This document shows, piece by piece, positions 12,700 through 23,389 of a DNA stretch of 64,000 nucleotides. A program made the translations under genes and the position numbers. The stretch covers positions 74,028,001 to 74,092,000 of the forward strand of contig CM060733.1 in assembly GCA_030704615.1 (NCBI GenBank). The letters are read 5' to 3'. Below the pieces are notes generated by a model. That model did no database searches. It saw only the letters and a program-made list of their open reading frames with translations, and was not told the DNA's origin. This DNA is from Takakia lepidozioides. Lineage: Eukaryota > Plantae > Bryophyta. The number at the start of each line of letters is the position of its first letter. Position 1 is the first letter of the stretch.

Positions 12700-15196
12700 C
12701 CATCTTGGCAGAAGAGAAAAGGTAGAGACATGTGACAAGAAATTTTTTTTGAAATGGGAATGGAGACTCTGGACTTCAGACCAGAACGTGGAAAGGATGG
12801 ATGCACCTGATGTTGTGATGACTGTGAGAGAAATAAGTGAAGAGAGAGAGAAAGAGAGAGCCTGTTCGTCACTGAATTCAGAATGGTCACTGTTGTCTTC
12901 ATTCTTGCATTTTGATTCAGTGTCATAAACCTGGACACCATGCTGCCGTGTGTAGTGATAACCTGGAACCAATGTAGATCTGGCTTGTTTGTTTGGAGAG
13001 ATCAACGATGGTTAGCTGGAGTTGCAAAAAAACATGGAAAGGATAAGGTGATTTCACTATGGGATCAGGATCTGAACAACTGCGTTCCACAGTTGAAGGG
13101 AAAAGAGGGATGTTGGGGTATTTGGGTTGAAGTCTGACAAAAGAGATGAGAGCTGTTTGAGCGATGGGTCATTGGAAAAAGGGACAAGAGAGAGAGAAAG
13201 AGAGAGAGACTGATGGATGGGATGGTTGTGTCTTGAGAGACCGAGGATGACTTCAAGGCTGGCCGCACTGGATGCCTAGCAGCGTGTGCATTCACATTAC
13301 ATGACAGATCTGCTGCTGTGAAATAGTGGGGAACCTGGGGACATAGACAGAGATAGTGAAACAGACAAAAAGGGAAAAGAAAGAGAGAGAGAGTGAAAAA
13401 TGGGATTTGGGTAAGGAGAGAGCTGCAATTCAAAAGGGCTGTTGGGGGGGGGGGTTTGGCCAATTTGGGGAGATGAGATGAAGAAAACCTGAAAGAAACA
13501 GTGCCCCTGCAGACCATGAAGATCTGAGCTGCCTCCTCCTAAATGTGTCACCACTAAAAAAGGGGATTTCCGACCTGTCACTGCTCAAGTGGGCTTCACA
13601 TAAAGGATCGTGTTTACCGCTGCCATTGGGCTGATTTGCATCACTGAATACATCGCACCAGCATAGCTGGTGCTGTACCTGCTGATAGGGGATGTTGTGT
13701 AAAAGGTAGAACCAAGAGTGAACAACAAATTGACTCCCCATCCATGTCTTCCCTTCCGCTGCGGCGTGGATGAGGATTGCTTGAACTCTGATCACGGAGG
13801 AGCTGAGGGAAACCCACAGCCAAGTGACGACAGTTGGACAGATTAGAAAGAACTCTTCTTTCCTCTTGCTCCGCAATCAATGGAGGGGAGCACAATTAGA
13901 ATTATACAGAAGGGGATTCACGCCCCTTCTTTTCACACTACAGTCTCTTGTATGTAGTAAGAGACACTGACATGTGAGGAAGAAAAAGAGCTTTGGAAAT
14001 GGAATGAAGACACTGGACTTCAAACCAGGATGGACTGGAGATGGATGCACCTGCTGTTACATTGTACAGTAGGAAAAATGAATGGAAACAGGGTTGACTC
14101 GTTTTTGGGCCAGAATGGTTGCTGTTGTTGTATTCTTGTTCTTTGTTTCAGCGTCATGAGCTTGTACAAACAATCTAGCCTGGGATGTTGACACATTGCA
14201 GTCAATGTGGAACTAGCTTAGTAGGTAGAGGAAACCAGTGAGGGTTAGATAGAACTGTTTGGAAACAACAAGAAGGGATGATGTGGATGGGGCAGAAAAA
14301 CCAACATCTGTTTGGGTTTGGATCTGATTCTCAGAGTGCTCTCAGCATGTGAACCACTGAGGTTCACAGTTGATGGGAAAAAGAGAGCTGTCAGGGTGTG
14401 TAAATTGAGACCTGTAGAAGGGTTGAGAGCTGTCTTGGGCAAATGGCTACACCTGGGAAAAGTGGAGTGTGAAGCATCTGTCATTGGCAAGAGAGGGACT
14501 GATAAAAGGGCTGATTATATCTTGTGTGACCAAGGTTGATTCCAATGCTGGGTGCACTGGATGCTTGGCTGAATGCGCATTGCATTGCATCATAGACATG
14601 CTACAGTGGAAAGAGTGAGGAACCTACTCACCCTGAAAGAAAGAGAGAGGGAGAGAGAAAAGGACATAAGGGAGAGAGCTGACCAGCAAGAGGGGATGGT
14701 GAGGAATGGATGATTGGGGAGGTAAGATAAAGAAAGCATGAACCCATGAAGGGCCAAACTGGTGGGCCTGCAACTCATGGCAGATCTGAGTTGCCTCCTT
14801 CTAAATCGTGATCTTATTACAAAGGGGCTTCCACGTGTTGCTGACCAAGGGAGCTGCCCACGAGGGCAGTGGTCATCACTGACGTAGGGCTGGTTGCATC
14901 ACTGAAGACAGCATGGTAACATGGCTGGTGCAGTGTACCAGGGAGAGGATGTCGTGTAGAAGTAGAACCACGGGTGAAAACAATACAGACTCCCCATCCA
15001 TGTCTTCTCTTCCGCTGCGGCGTGGATGAGGATTGTGTGAACTCTGATCATGAAGGACCTGAGGGAAACCCACACGAGTGACGATGGTTGGATCACTGAG
15101 AGGAGAGCTCCTTTCCTTCCCTCCGATTGACCTGGGGAGGAGCACAACTAGACTTGCACAGAAGGGGATTCACGCCCCTTCTTTTCACACTACAGA
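12700..15196. repeat. Diverged tandem duplication, two units of about 1.25 kb, each ending in hairpin GAAGGGG-ATTCACG-CCCCTTC
   Basis: Matching blocks at 12751/13996, 13733/14990 and 13907/15159. Confidence 0.7.
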
Positions 15197-16306
15197 CTTT
15201 GTTGTTTTCCGCAAGGTCATTGTCATCGGCATCAAAGACGTCCTCAGGTCCTCCTTTGCAAGGATGCCCTGCTTCCGGAACTGGGACGACTGCCCTTATG
15301 GAGGCTTTGATTATGCAATGTATTCGGCCACATCGGGAGACATCGTTATCTGGTACACAGTTTACACAGAAGATACTGGTTCGAATGTGGAAACATTGTC
15401 CGCTTTTGAGTATATCCCAGGCCACTACGCCTTCGAGCGGGGTGACGATCTTGGTCTGAGGAGTCCGTGGCTCCTGCGCATCCTTGATTCCGATTTTCCC
15501 AGCTACGACGGGCACCCATGCAGAAGAATGCGCACTGCTATGCTGTTGCGGTGGAACTGCTGCCAGTGGACGTGGGTGGACTCCATCGGAGAGACGTATA
15601 CTCCTGAAGGAGTGCACTCCTCTTCTCCATTGTATGGGGACATTCGCATTGGTGTGGACGACAAAAACGTGAAGCTTTCCATATTCGATGGTGGTATGAT
15701 TGAAGGGCACGACATTGTGGTGAACATCAACAGAGGCAGTACAACGGCTGCAATCCAGTTTACCTGGAGGAGCCCGATGACTCATGAGCTAGTTCTCAGA
15801 GCAGTTGAAGTCCCATTGACAACGTGACTTGTATTCAGAAGGCACAGGGCTAAAGATTTGTTTGCACAATCAGCACAGTAGACGTGCTTCAAATGCAATT
15901 CATGTGGATCAATAAAAACCCCAAAGTGTCATCTTTTTGTTCTATTTTGTATCCATCGTTTCCAGAATGCATCATTCCTCATTTCGTTTGGGATTGGGAG
16001 TGTGGGTGGATTTTGCAAGTGGCTGGTAGGCTGAAATGGGCCCCCATTGTACAGAGCAGTACCACCCTACCATTCGTGAAACAGTGCCTTTCAATATGTA
16101 ATTCTAAAAAACATTGCCGAACCTCCTTCATCGGGAGATCCTTCTCCCCCTATGACCGTGACACCCTAAACCCTATTCCCGCGGACACCCATTTCCGGAA
16201 AATATTCCTGCTCATGTTTTTACGACACTTACGACTCTGCTCATGGCTCATGCCGCTCATGGCTCATGCCGCTCATGGCTCATGCCTCATGAAATAGCAG
16301 CCCCCC
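15197..16306. repeat. Left arm of a 1.1-kb inverted duplication (partner 19871-20964), ending in the candidate terminus motif
   Basis: ORFs 15884-16297(+) and 19880-20338(-) are nearly identical; ends CATGAAATAGCAGCCCCCC. Confidence 0.9.
15264..15827 (+). CDS. RWNCC-family unknown protein, paralog 2 (187 aa, intact)
   Basis: Open frame MPCFRNWDDCPY..RTAMLLRWNCCQWT..ELVLRAVEVP; full-length similarity to 21453-22031. Confidence 0.75.
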   Translation: MPCFRNWDDCPYGGFDYAMYSATSGDIVIWYTVYTEDTGSNVETLSAFEYIPGHYAFERGDDLGLRSPWLLRILDSDFPSYDGHPCRRMRTAMLLRWNCCQWTWVDSIGETYTPEGVHSSSPLYGDIRIGVDDKNVKLSIFDGGMIEGHDIVVNINRGSTTAAIQFTWRSPMTHELVLRAVEVPLTT

Positions 16307-16309
16307 ATT

Positions 16310-17630
16310 CTAGCCTTGTGTTGCCCATTTAGACATCAATAAACAAGCATAAAGGGGTGCTTTGAAGCACACTATTTGGTGCTCCCAATTAGGGGTGTTT
16401 TGACATGGCATTCTGGCCCTGTGTGGCCCATTTTGAAATCCAAAAACTGGCTGAGAGAGGGGCACAAATAGTGTGCATTGACACACACAATTTGGTGCTT
16501 CCAACTATGGGGTTTTTTGACATGGCACTGTGTGGCCCATTTAGACATCAATATACAAGCATAAAGGGGAGCACAAACAGTGTGCTTTGAAGCACACTGT
16601 TTGGTGCTTCCAATTAGGGGTTTTTTGACATGGCATATTGGCTCTGTGTGGCCCATTTTGAGATCAGAAACAGGCTGAGAGAGGGGCGCAAACAGTGTGT
16701 GTTGACGCACACTGCTTGGTGCTTCCAACTATGGGGTTTTTTGACATGGCATTCTGGCCCTGTGTGGCCCATTGGACATCCAAAAATAGGCTGAGAGAGG
16801 GGCACAAACAGTGTGCGTTGACGTACACTGTTTGGTGCTTCCAACTATGGGTGTTTTGAACTTGGCACACTGGCCCTGTGTGGCCCATTTAGACATGAAA
16901 AAACAACTAGAAAGGGGGGCACAAACAGTGTGCGTTGACGCACACTGTTTGGTGCTTCCAACTATGGGGTTTTTTGACATGGCATTTTGGCCCTGTGTTG
17001 CCCATTTAGACATCAATAAACAAGCATAAAGGGGAGCACAAGCAGTGTGCTTTGAAGCACACTGTTTGGTGCTTCCAATTAGGGGTTTTTTTGCCATGGC
17101 TTACTGGCCCTGTGTGGCCCATCTGGACATCAAAAAACAGGCTGAGAGAGGGCACAGACAGTGTGCGTTGCCGCACACTCTTTGGTGCTTCCAACTACGG
17201 GTGTTTTGAACATGGTACACTGGCCCTGTGTGGCACATTTAGACATCAAACATGGCCCACTTTTAAATCAAAAAACAGGCTGAGAGGGGTGCACAAACAT
17301 TGTGCCTCAACGCACACTGTTTGGTGCTTCCAACAACGGGTGTTTTGAACTTGGCACACTGGCCTTGTGTGGCACATTTAGACATAAAAAAACAATCAGA
17401 AAGGGTGCACAAACAGTGTGCGTTGACGCATACTGTTTGTTGCTTCCAATTAGGGGTATTTTGAACATGGCATACTTGCCCTGTGTGGCCCATTTTGAAA
17501 TCACAAGACACAGAGGGGGGCACAAACAGTGTGTGTTGCCGCACACTTTTTGGTGCTTTCAACTGCGGGTGTTTTGAACAAGGCACACTGGCCCTGTGTG
17601 GCACATTTGGACATCAAAAAACAAGCAAAG
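16310..17630. repeat. Tandem array of about 11 units of about 117 bp, each with hairpin CAAACAGTGTGCGT-TG-ACGCACACTGTTTG
   Basis: Hairpin starts 16574, 16689, 16805, 16922, 17039. Confidence 0.9.
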
Positions 17631-18448
17631 TGGCTTCTGCTTGCACACAGTTCAGCTTGCATATAACATGAAGCAAAACAAAAAGTAGCTTCCATGACAT
17701 GTTTGTACCTTTTCTTGTGCTGCGTTTGATGTCTTTCCAATCGCATGAGACTCTTTGCGCTTTGGACTGCTGTCTACACCACACATGTTTTGCAGCATGT
17801 CCTCAATCCTCTTTTCCACTATCAGCTTTTTCATGAGGCCACCGTCAACATCCTCTTTGGCGTCCGTCTCTCCCTCGGATGCAGTCTCCTCCTCACCTGT
17901 TCTCGGCAGTATGGGGGGCTATTGTTCCTCTCCAAAATCCTGCTCTTGCATCGCCAACCTTTCCTCATTTCCTTCTCTTCTTCCTCCGGTGGAAACAAAC
18001 GCTCCCCACGCTGCCTCTATAGCTCTCCAGTTTGACATTTTGCAACAACGGTATCGAAATTACAATTTGAACATTGTTAACCGTATTTGGATGCAAGTGT
18101 CATCATTATGTGCGAACGGAATTCATCCATTTCTCCGTCTTTGAATTTCCCAAAAAACTAAGTGGTTGCACTTCAATTGCCGTTCCGTCTACTTGTGTGA
18201 TATGTCAGATGTACTTCGCCGGCTGCCAGTACACGACAGGTATTTGCAATCATGGAAATTAGGAAGCGCCGTGAAAATCGCTCGCGATTCGAATTCTTAA
18301 CAGTACTTGCACATTGGCAATAATTGTGATGCTTCACAAATTTCACTTTGCATCGTGCCTGTTCCTTTGGGATTGTTGGATTGTCACTTGTAGAACCTCT
18401 TCCATTTCCTTTCGTTCCTCACATTTGCGTGCAATGCCTCCTGCAAGA

Positions 18449-19842
18449 CATGTCCTTGGAGGACTTGGCCGACATGCCTTCCTGTAATTTGGCGGAAATT
18501 GTTCACAACGCCTGGATGCAGCAGTCTACCAAAGCAGGACGTGACTTGTATGTGGCCACTGCAGATGACATGGTGCGGGCACTTACACAACAAACCAGAT
18601 ACCACAATTTTTCTGATGGGACGGGGAGGAGGCAAGGGCCATGATACAACTTTGTTGATGCTAAGGGCTGCGAGCAGGTCCGGAGACCCATCAAAGATGA
18701 GAGCTCTGAACAGGTGCACTGAAGGCTCCCCTTTTGCAATCCAGGTTGCCCCATTTGGAAGGCAAGGAAACATTTGGATCATGCAAAAGGAAATTGAACA
18801 CTCCTCCAGGGTCAGATGGAGATTCCCATCGGCCGGACAGGGTCAATTTTTCTGTACCAAAGGTGTCTCCAGTGCAGACTAAGTCATGTGCCCGCCCCTT
18901 CCCAGGTGGGTCCTCTTCCAGTGGAGCAGGTGCAAATCATGCATGCACAGCAGCAGGAATCCCATTGGAGGAGGTGGTGTCCTTGGTGCATGAATCTGAT
19001 TGCATTGACAGTGAGTGGCATATAGAACGCACCCCACCAGGATCTAGAGTTGCTTGCATGGCAATTCGGACCCCCTCTTTCAAGAAATGCAAATCAAAAA
19101 TATGCAAAGGTTCCAGGGGGACTCCAGCTCCAACATTCACAGGGTTGTTCCGACCTTATCATAGTGGGGAGTCAAAGGACCACAAGTTCTGGTTCTGCCC
19201 AGACGATATGGCACGATGAGTCAAGGGAACAGTTTGTCCTTCGGTGATAATGAAGCCCCCTCCGCCCGCAATTCGGCCTATGAAACTTGGGACGTCGCTG
19301 TCATCAAATGAGATAAGCATGCTGGAGGAGGGGGGGTTCCGTCTTGCACGGTCCCGGGTGGAGTGCACAGATGTGCCACATGCTCCGACAATGCCTCCAT
19401 CCGGTGCCGACTCCCACCCAACAAAAAGAGATGGAAAAATAGTGCGCCGTGTCGCTTCGGGTGCAGATCACGACTGCAAGATGGAATCGGCTAGAATTTT
19501 GCAGGCTCGGGTGACTCGTATCACCGAAGTCCCCGCCCCGGGATATGGACGGATTTACACAGTGTTGTCTACAGGCTCAGTTCTTCATGGCAAAGAATAT
19601 CAGGTTACCGGGGGAATTTCCCTGCGTGCACTTGTCCGGATTTTGTAACAATGCGTGAGGGCGCTCTCGGCATGAGAGGGAAGTGGGTCCCTTGCAAGCA
19701 TCAATATTACATATACCTTATAATTATGTGTTGCGATGGTAAGAGAGACCAATTCATTCACCAGGCCACACTAGGCTATGGAGAAGTCATCACTCTTCTG
19801 CAGCGAGACACCTGCCGTGGGGCTCCGCCAGATTCTCAGTGA
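18449..19842 (+). pseudogene. C-terminal half of Mutator-like transposase, copy 3 (catalytic-Glu region, Cys-rich domain, SWIM finger)
   Basis: MPSCNLAEIVHNAW matches MPNTNMAESVHSSW; PAPTFT..FWFC shared with about 54800-54870; FPACTCPDF..WVPCKHQYY SWIM motif. Confidence 0.8.
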
Positions 19843-19870
19843 ACAAAAACAAGCCATGCCCACTCCCCGT

Positions 19871-20964
19871 GGGGGGCTGCTATTTCATGAGCCATGAGCC
19901 ATGAGCAGCATGAGCCATGAGCAGAGTCGTAAGTGTCGAAAAAAACATGAGCAGGATATTTTTCCGGAAATGGGTGTCCGCGGGAATAGGGTTTAGGGTG
20001 TCACGGTCATAGGGGGAGAAGGACCTCCCGATGAAGGAGGTTCGGCAATGTTTTTTAGAATTACATATTGAAAGGCAATGTTTCGCGAATGGTAGGGTGG
20101 TACTGCTCTGTACAATGGGGGCCCATTTCAGCCTACCAGCCACTTGCAAAATCCACCCACACTCCCAATCCCAAACGAAATGAGGAATGATGCATTCTGG
20201 GAACGATGGATACATAATAGAACAAAAAGAGGGCACAATGGGGTTTTTATTGATCCACATGAATTGCATTTGAAGCACGTCTACTGTGCTGATTGTGCAA
20301 ACAAATCTATAGCCCTGTGCCTTCTGAATACAAGTCATGTTGTCAATGGGACTTCGACTGCTCTGAGAACTAGCTCATGAGTCATCGGGCTCCTCCAGGT
20401 AAACTGGATTGCAGCCGTTGTACTGCCTCTGTTGATGTTCACCACAATGTCGTGCCCTTCAATCATACCACCATCGAATATGGAAAGCTTCACGTTTTTG
20501 TCGTCCACACCAATGCAAATGTCCCCATACAATGGAGAAGAGGAGCGCACTCCTTCAGGAGTATACGTCTCTCCGATGGAGTCCACCCACGTCCACTGAC
20601 AGCAGCTCCACCGCAACAGCAGAGCAGTGCGCATTCTTCTGCATGGGTGCCCGTCGTAGCTGGAAAATCGGAATCAAGGATGCGCAGGAGCCACGGACTC
20701 CTCAGACCAAGATCGTCACCCCACTCGAAGGCGTAGTGGCCTGGGATATACTCAAAAGCGGACAATGTTTCCACATTCGAACCAGTATCTTCTGTGTAAA
20801 CTGTGTACCAGATAACGATGTCTCCCAATGTGGCCGAATACATTGCATAATCAAAGCCTCCATAAGGGCAGTCGTCCCGGTTTCGGAAGCACGACATCCT
20901 TGCAAAGGAGGACCTGAGGACGTCTTTGATGCCGATGACAATGACCTTGCGGACAACAACGAAG
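19871..20964. repeat. Right arm of the inverted duplication, starting with candidate terminus GGGGGGCTGCTATTTCATGAGC
   Basis: Reverse complement of 15197-16306. Confidence 0.9.
20335..20897 (-). pseudogene. RWNCC-family protein, near-identical duplicate of paralog 2 with one frameshift
   Basis: ORFs 20490-20897 and 20335-20634 together reproduce 15264-15827 (here RWSCC). Confidence 0.78.
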
Positions 20965-21452
20965 CCCTTAGATTTTCAAAATGATGAGAAGTGGAAGAGC
21001 AGTGCGGGCTCCAACAATGGAGCATCTAGGTCCCACGTACCCACCAATCATCATGTAACGTGTTCATCACGCCAGCGGTGGATGAACCGATACCTCTTTC
21101 TCATCCACGGGGTATAGTTTGAAATCTTTCACCGAAGTCCATCCCCCGGATGGAAATTCGGCGCCGCATTTACATCGAAGGGGGGATGGACTTTGTCGTC
21201 TCGAGTGGCTATAGGCCCACCTGGCACTGACTCCCATAGTTTGCATGGCAGGGAAGGAAACTGAAATGGCTACATTCATGGAGCAGCCAATCTTCATCCG
21301 TGCAGGTTCCTGTAGGGGGGAAATTTAAATGTGCCCTGGAGTGTTTGTGAGGAATTGCAGCGTTTGCTTGAACTTCTTCCAGCCACCGCGCTGCTGCCTC
21401 CTCCATCCGGGAGCTGCTGTCATTGAGCGTACTCCGCTACTTTTTTTCAACG

Positions 21453-22031
21453 ATGCCGTGCCGTCGAAATCCTGCTGACTGCCCTTATCATGGCCACGAT
21501 TATGCTATGTTCAAACCAGAATCAAGAGACATCATTGTCTGGCTCTCTGTTTTCACAGACGCTTCTGGAATCAAGCGGGAGTCTTTGCGCGCAATGGAGT
21601 ATTTGGAGGGCTATTACCGCTTTGAGCGAGGTGAGGGCGAGGGTCAATGCGGTCCGTGGGTCCTGAAAATTGTTGACCTCAATATACCAAGGTGGAATGG
21701 GATGCCGGACAGATCACGCACGGCCTCGCTTTGGCGCTGGAACTGCTGCCAGTGGACCAGGGAGGACGGCACCGGGGAAAACTATATTCGTGGAGTTCAC
21801 TCCGCTCTTCCAGTGTATGGAGACATTCGGCTGAGTTGCGAAGACGAATTGCACGGGCACATGAGGCCCACAGTGACCTTGTCAATGTATGATGGTGGTA
21901 TGATTGATGGGCATGACATTGTCGTCAGCTCCACCAAGGGCACCAGATCGACCGCATTGAAGATTACCTCGAGGTGCCGCATCTGTAATGAGCTTGTTTT
22001 GAGGGCTATCAAAGTTCCGTCGACTTGGTGA
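21453..22031 (+). CDS. RWNCC-family unknown protein, paralog 3 (192 aa, intact)
   Basis: MPCRRNPADCPYHGHDYAM..RTASLWRWNCCQWT..YGDIR..DGGMIDGHDIVV..ELVLRAIKVP. Confidence 0.78.
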   Translation: MPCRRNPADCPYHGHDYAMFKPESRDIIVWLSVFTDASGIKRESLRAMEYLEGYYRFERGEGEGQCGPWVLKIVDLNIPRWNGMPDRSRTASLWRWNCCQWTREDGTGENYIRGVHSALPVYGDIRLSCEDELHGHMRPTVTLSMYDGGMIDGHDIVVSSTKGTRSTALKITSRCRICNELVLRAIKVPSTW

Positions 22032-22304
22032 TGCCCATGTAGAAGGAGGAAGGGCTTAGATTTGTCTGGAGTTGCTAAATGTGAGACACCGTGTTCGATC
22101 AATAAAACAACCCATCGTACCTCACTTCTGTGTGCTTGTGTTTCATTGTGTTCAAGAACTGCCGTAATTGGCCCACTGTTTACAATTTGTGGTCTCATTT
22201 CTACAATGTGTCTGTCCATATGAATATACCAGAGTCAGCGATATCAGATTCCTGAGGTGAAGGAAATCCATGTATGAGTAAAAGGAAACATGTACATGCC
22301 GAAG

Positions 22305-23245
22305 CTCGGAAATTCGGCACCACATTTCATTTTTCTCCATGCAGCGATTTCTGGCAGTTCCCTTTCCTCCGTTGTGGTCGTAACGGAAATGCTGTACAAC
22401 ATTTCATTTCTTGACATGACCATACTTCGAATTGGAAATGCGGCACCGCATTTCCATGTCCGTCATCGAAATTTCGTACCGGACAATGAAATGCGGCACT
22501 GCATTTCCGGAGAGCACAATGGAATGCGGTGCCGCATTTCCCTTGAAGGGTCTGGAATTGGACAAACAACGATGTCCGTTCTGAAAATGCGGCACCGCAT
22601 TTCCATGTCCATCATCAAAATTTCGTATTGGACAATGGAATGCGGTGCCGCATTTCCGTCCAACAAGACGGAATGCCCACACGGGTCTGGAATTGGACAA
22701 ACAACGATGTCTGTTTTGGAAATGCGGCGCCGCATTTCCATGTTTGGCAATCGAAATTTCTTATTGGACAATGTAATGCGGTGCCGCATTTCCGTCAAAG
22801 GGTCTGGAATTGGACAAACAACGATGTCCGTTTTGGAAATGCGGCGCCGCATTTCCATGTACGTCATCGAAATTTCTTATTGGACAATGGAATGCGGTGC
22901 CGCATTCCCGTCTAGCATCATGGAATGGGGAGCCGCATTTCCGTCGATGGGTCTGCAGTTGGAAAAACGTCCATCTCCAAAATGTAAATGCGGCACCGCA
23001 TTTCCATGTTCGACCTCCACATGCGGGGTGGCATATCCATTTACCTCCATGGAAGGAGCTGGCAATCTGCAAAACTGCCGTGTCGAAAACGGAAATGCGG
23101 TACGGCCGAACAGTTTATGATGTCCAAACCATGAAATGGAAAATTGTTCTTGCCCCGGTTTTGGAAATGCGGTGCCGCATTTCCAAAGGAGGTTTTTGCA
23201 GTTGCCACATTTTCCATTCCGACATGGGGTGCCGCATTTCCGATT
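22305..23245. repeat. Small array of GGAAATGCGGNNCCGCATTTCC palindromes with its own spacers
   Basis: About 14 copies; successive spacings 53, 33, 63, 53, 82, 54, 63, 53, 33, 63, 33, 74, 72, 57. Confidence 0.9.
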
Positions 23246-23389
23246 TTGGGAGGGACGTGGTTTGGACGATGTTGTCGTTGAGAAGCACATGGGAGAGGGG
23301 ACATGAAGGACGGGGAGAATTTCCTTTATATACTCTGGAAGAGAATTTAATTGTACAGAGAGTTCATTAAAATTCTATTAATCTTGAAA

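Noticed and set aside
5536-16306. One element bounded by opposing end motifs at 5536 and 16306
   Set aside because: Flanks (GCCGCCAGT vs ATTCTAGCC) give no TSD, and the right arm is nearly identical to the copy 2 end instead.
16310-17746. Cys-rich repeat ORFs (KWATQG..GSTKQCA)
   Set aside because: Frames break between units; products of the 117-bp array.
17652-18040. Acidic minus-strand ORF fragments beside the 117-bp array
   Set aside because: Internal stop, no recognisable motif, no homolog in the window.
20030-20380. Possible His/Cys ORF (HLKHVYCADC) convergent with the RWNCC gene
   Set aside because: Frameshifted and supported only by the recent duplicate, so no independent conservation.
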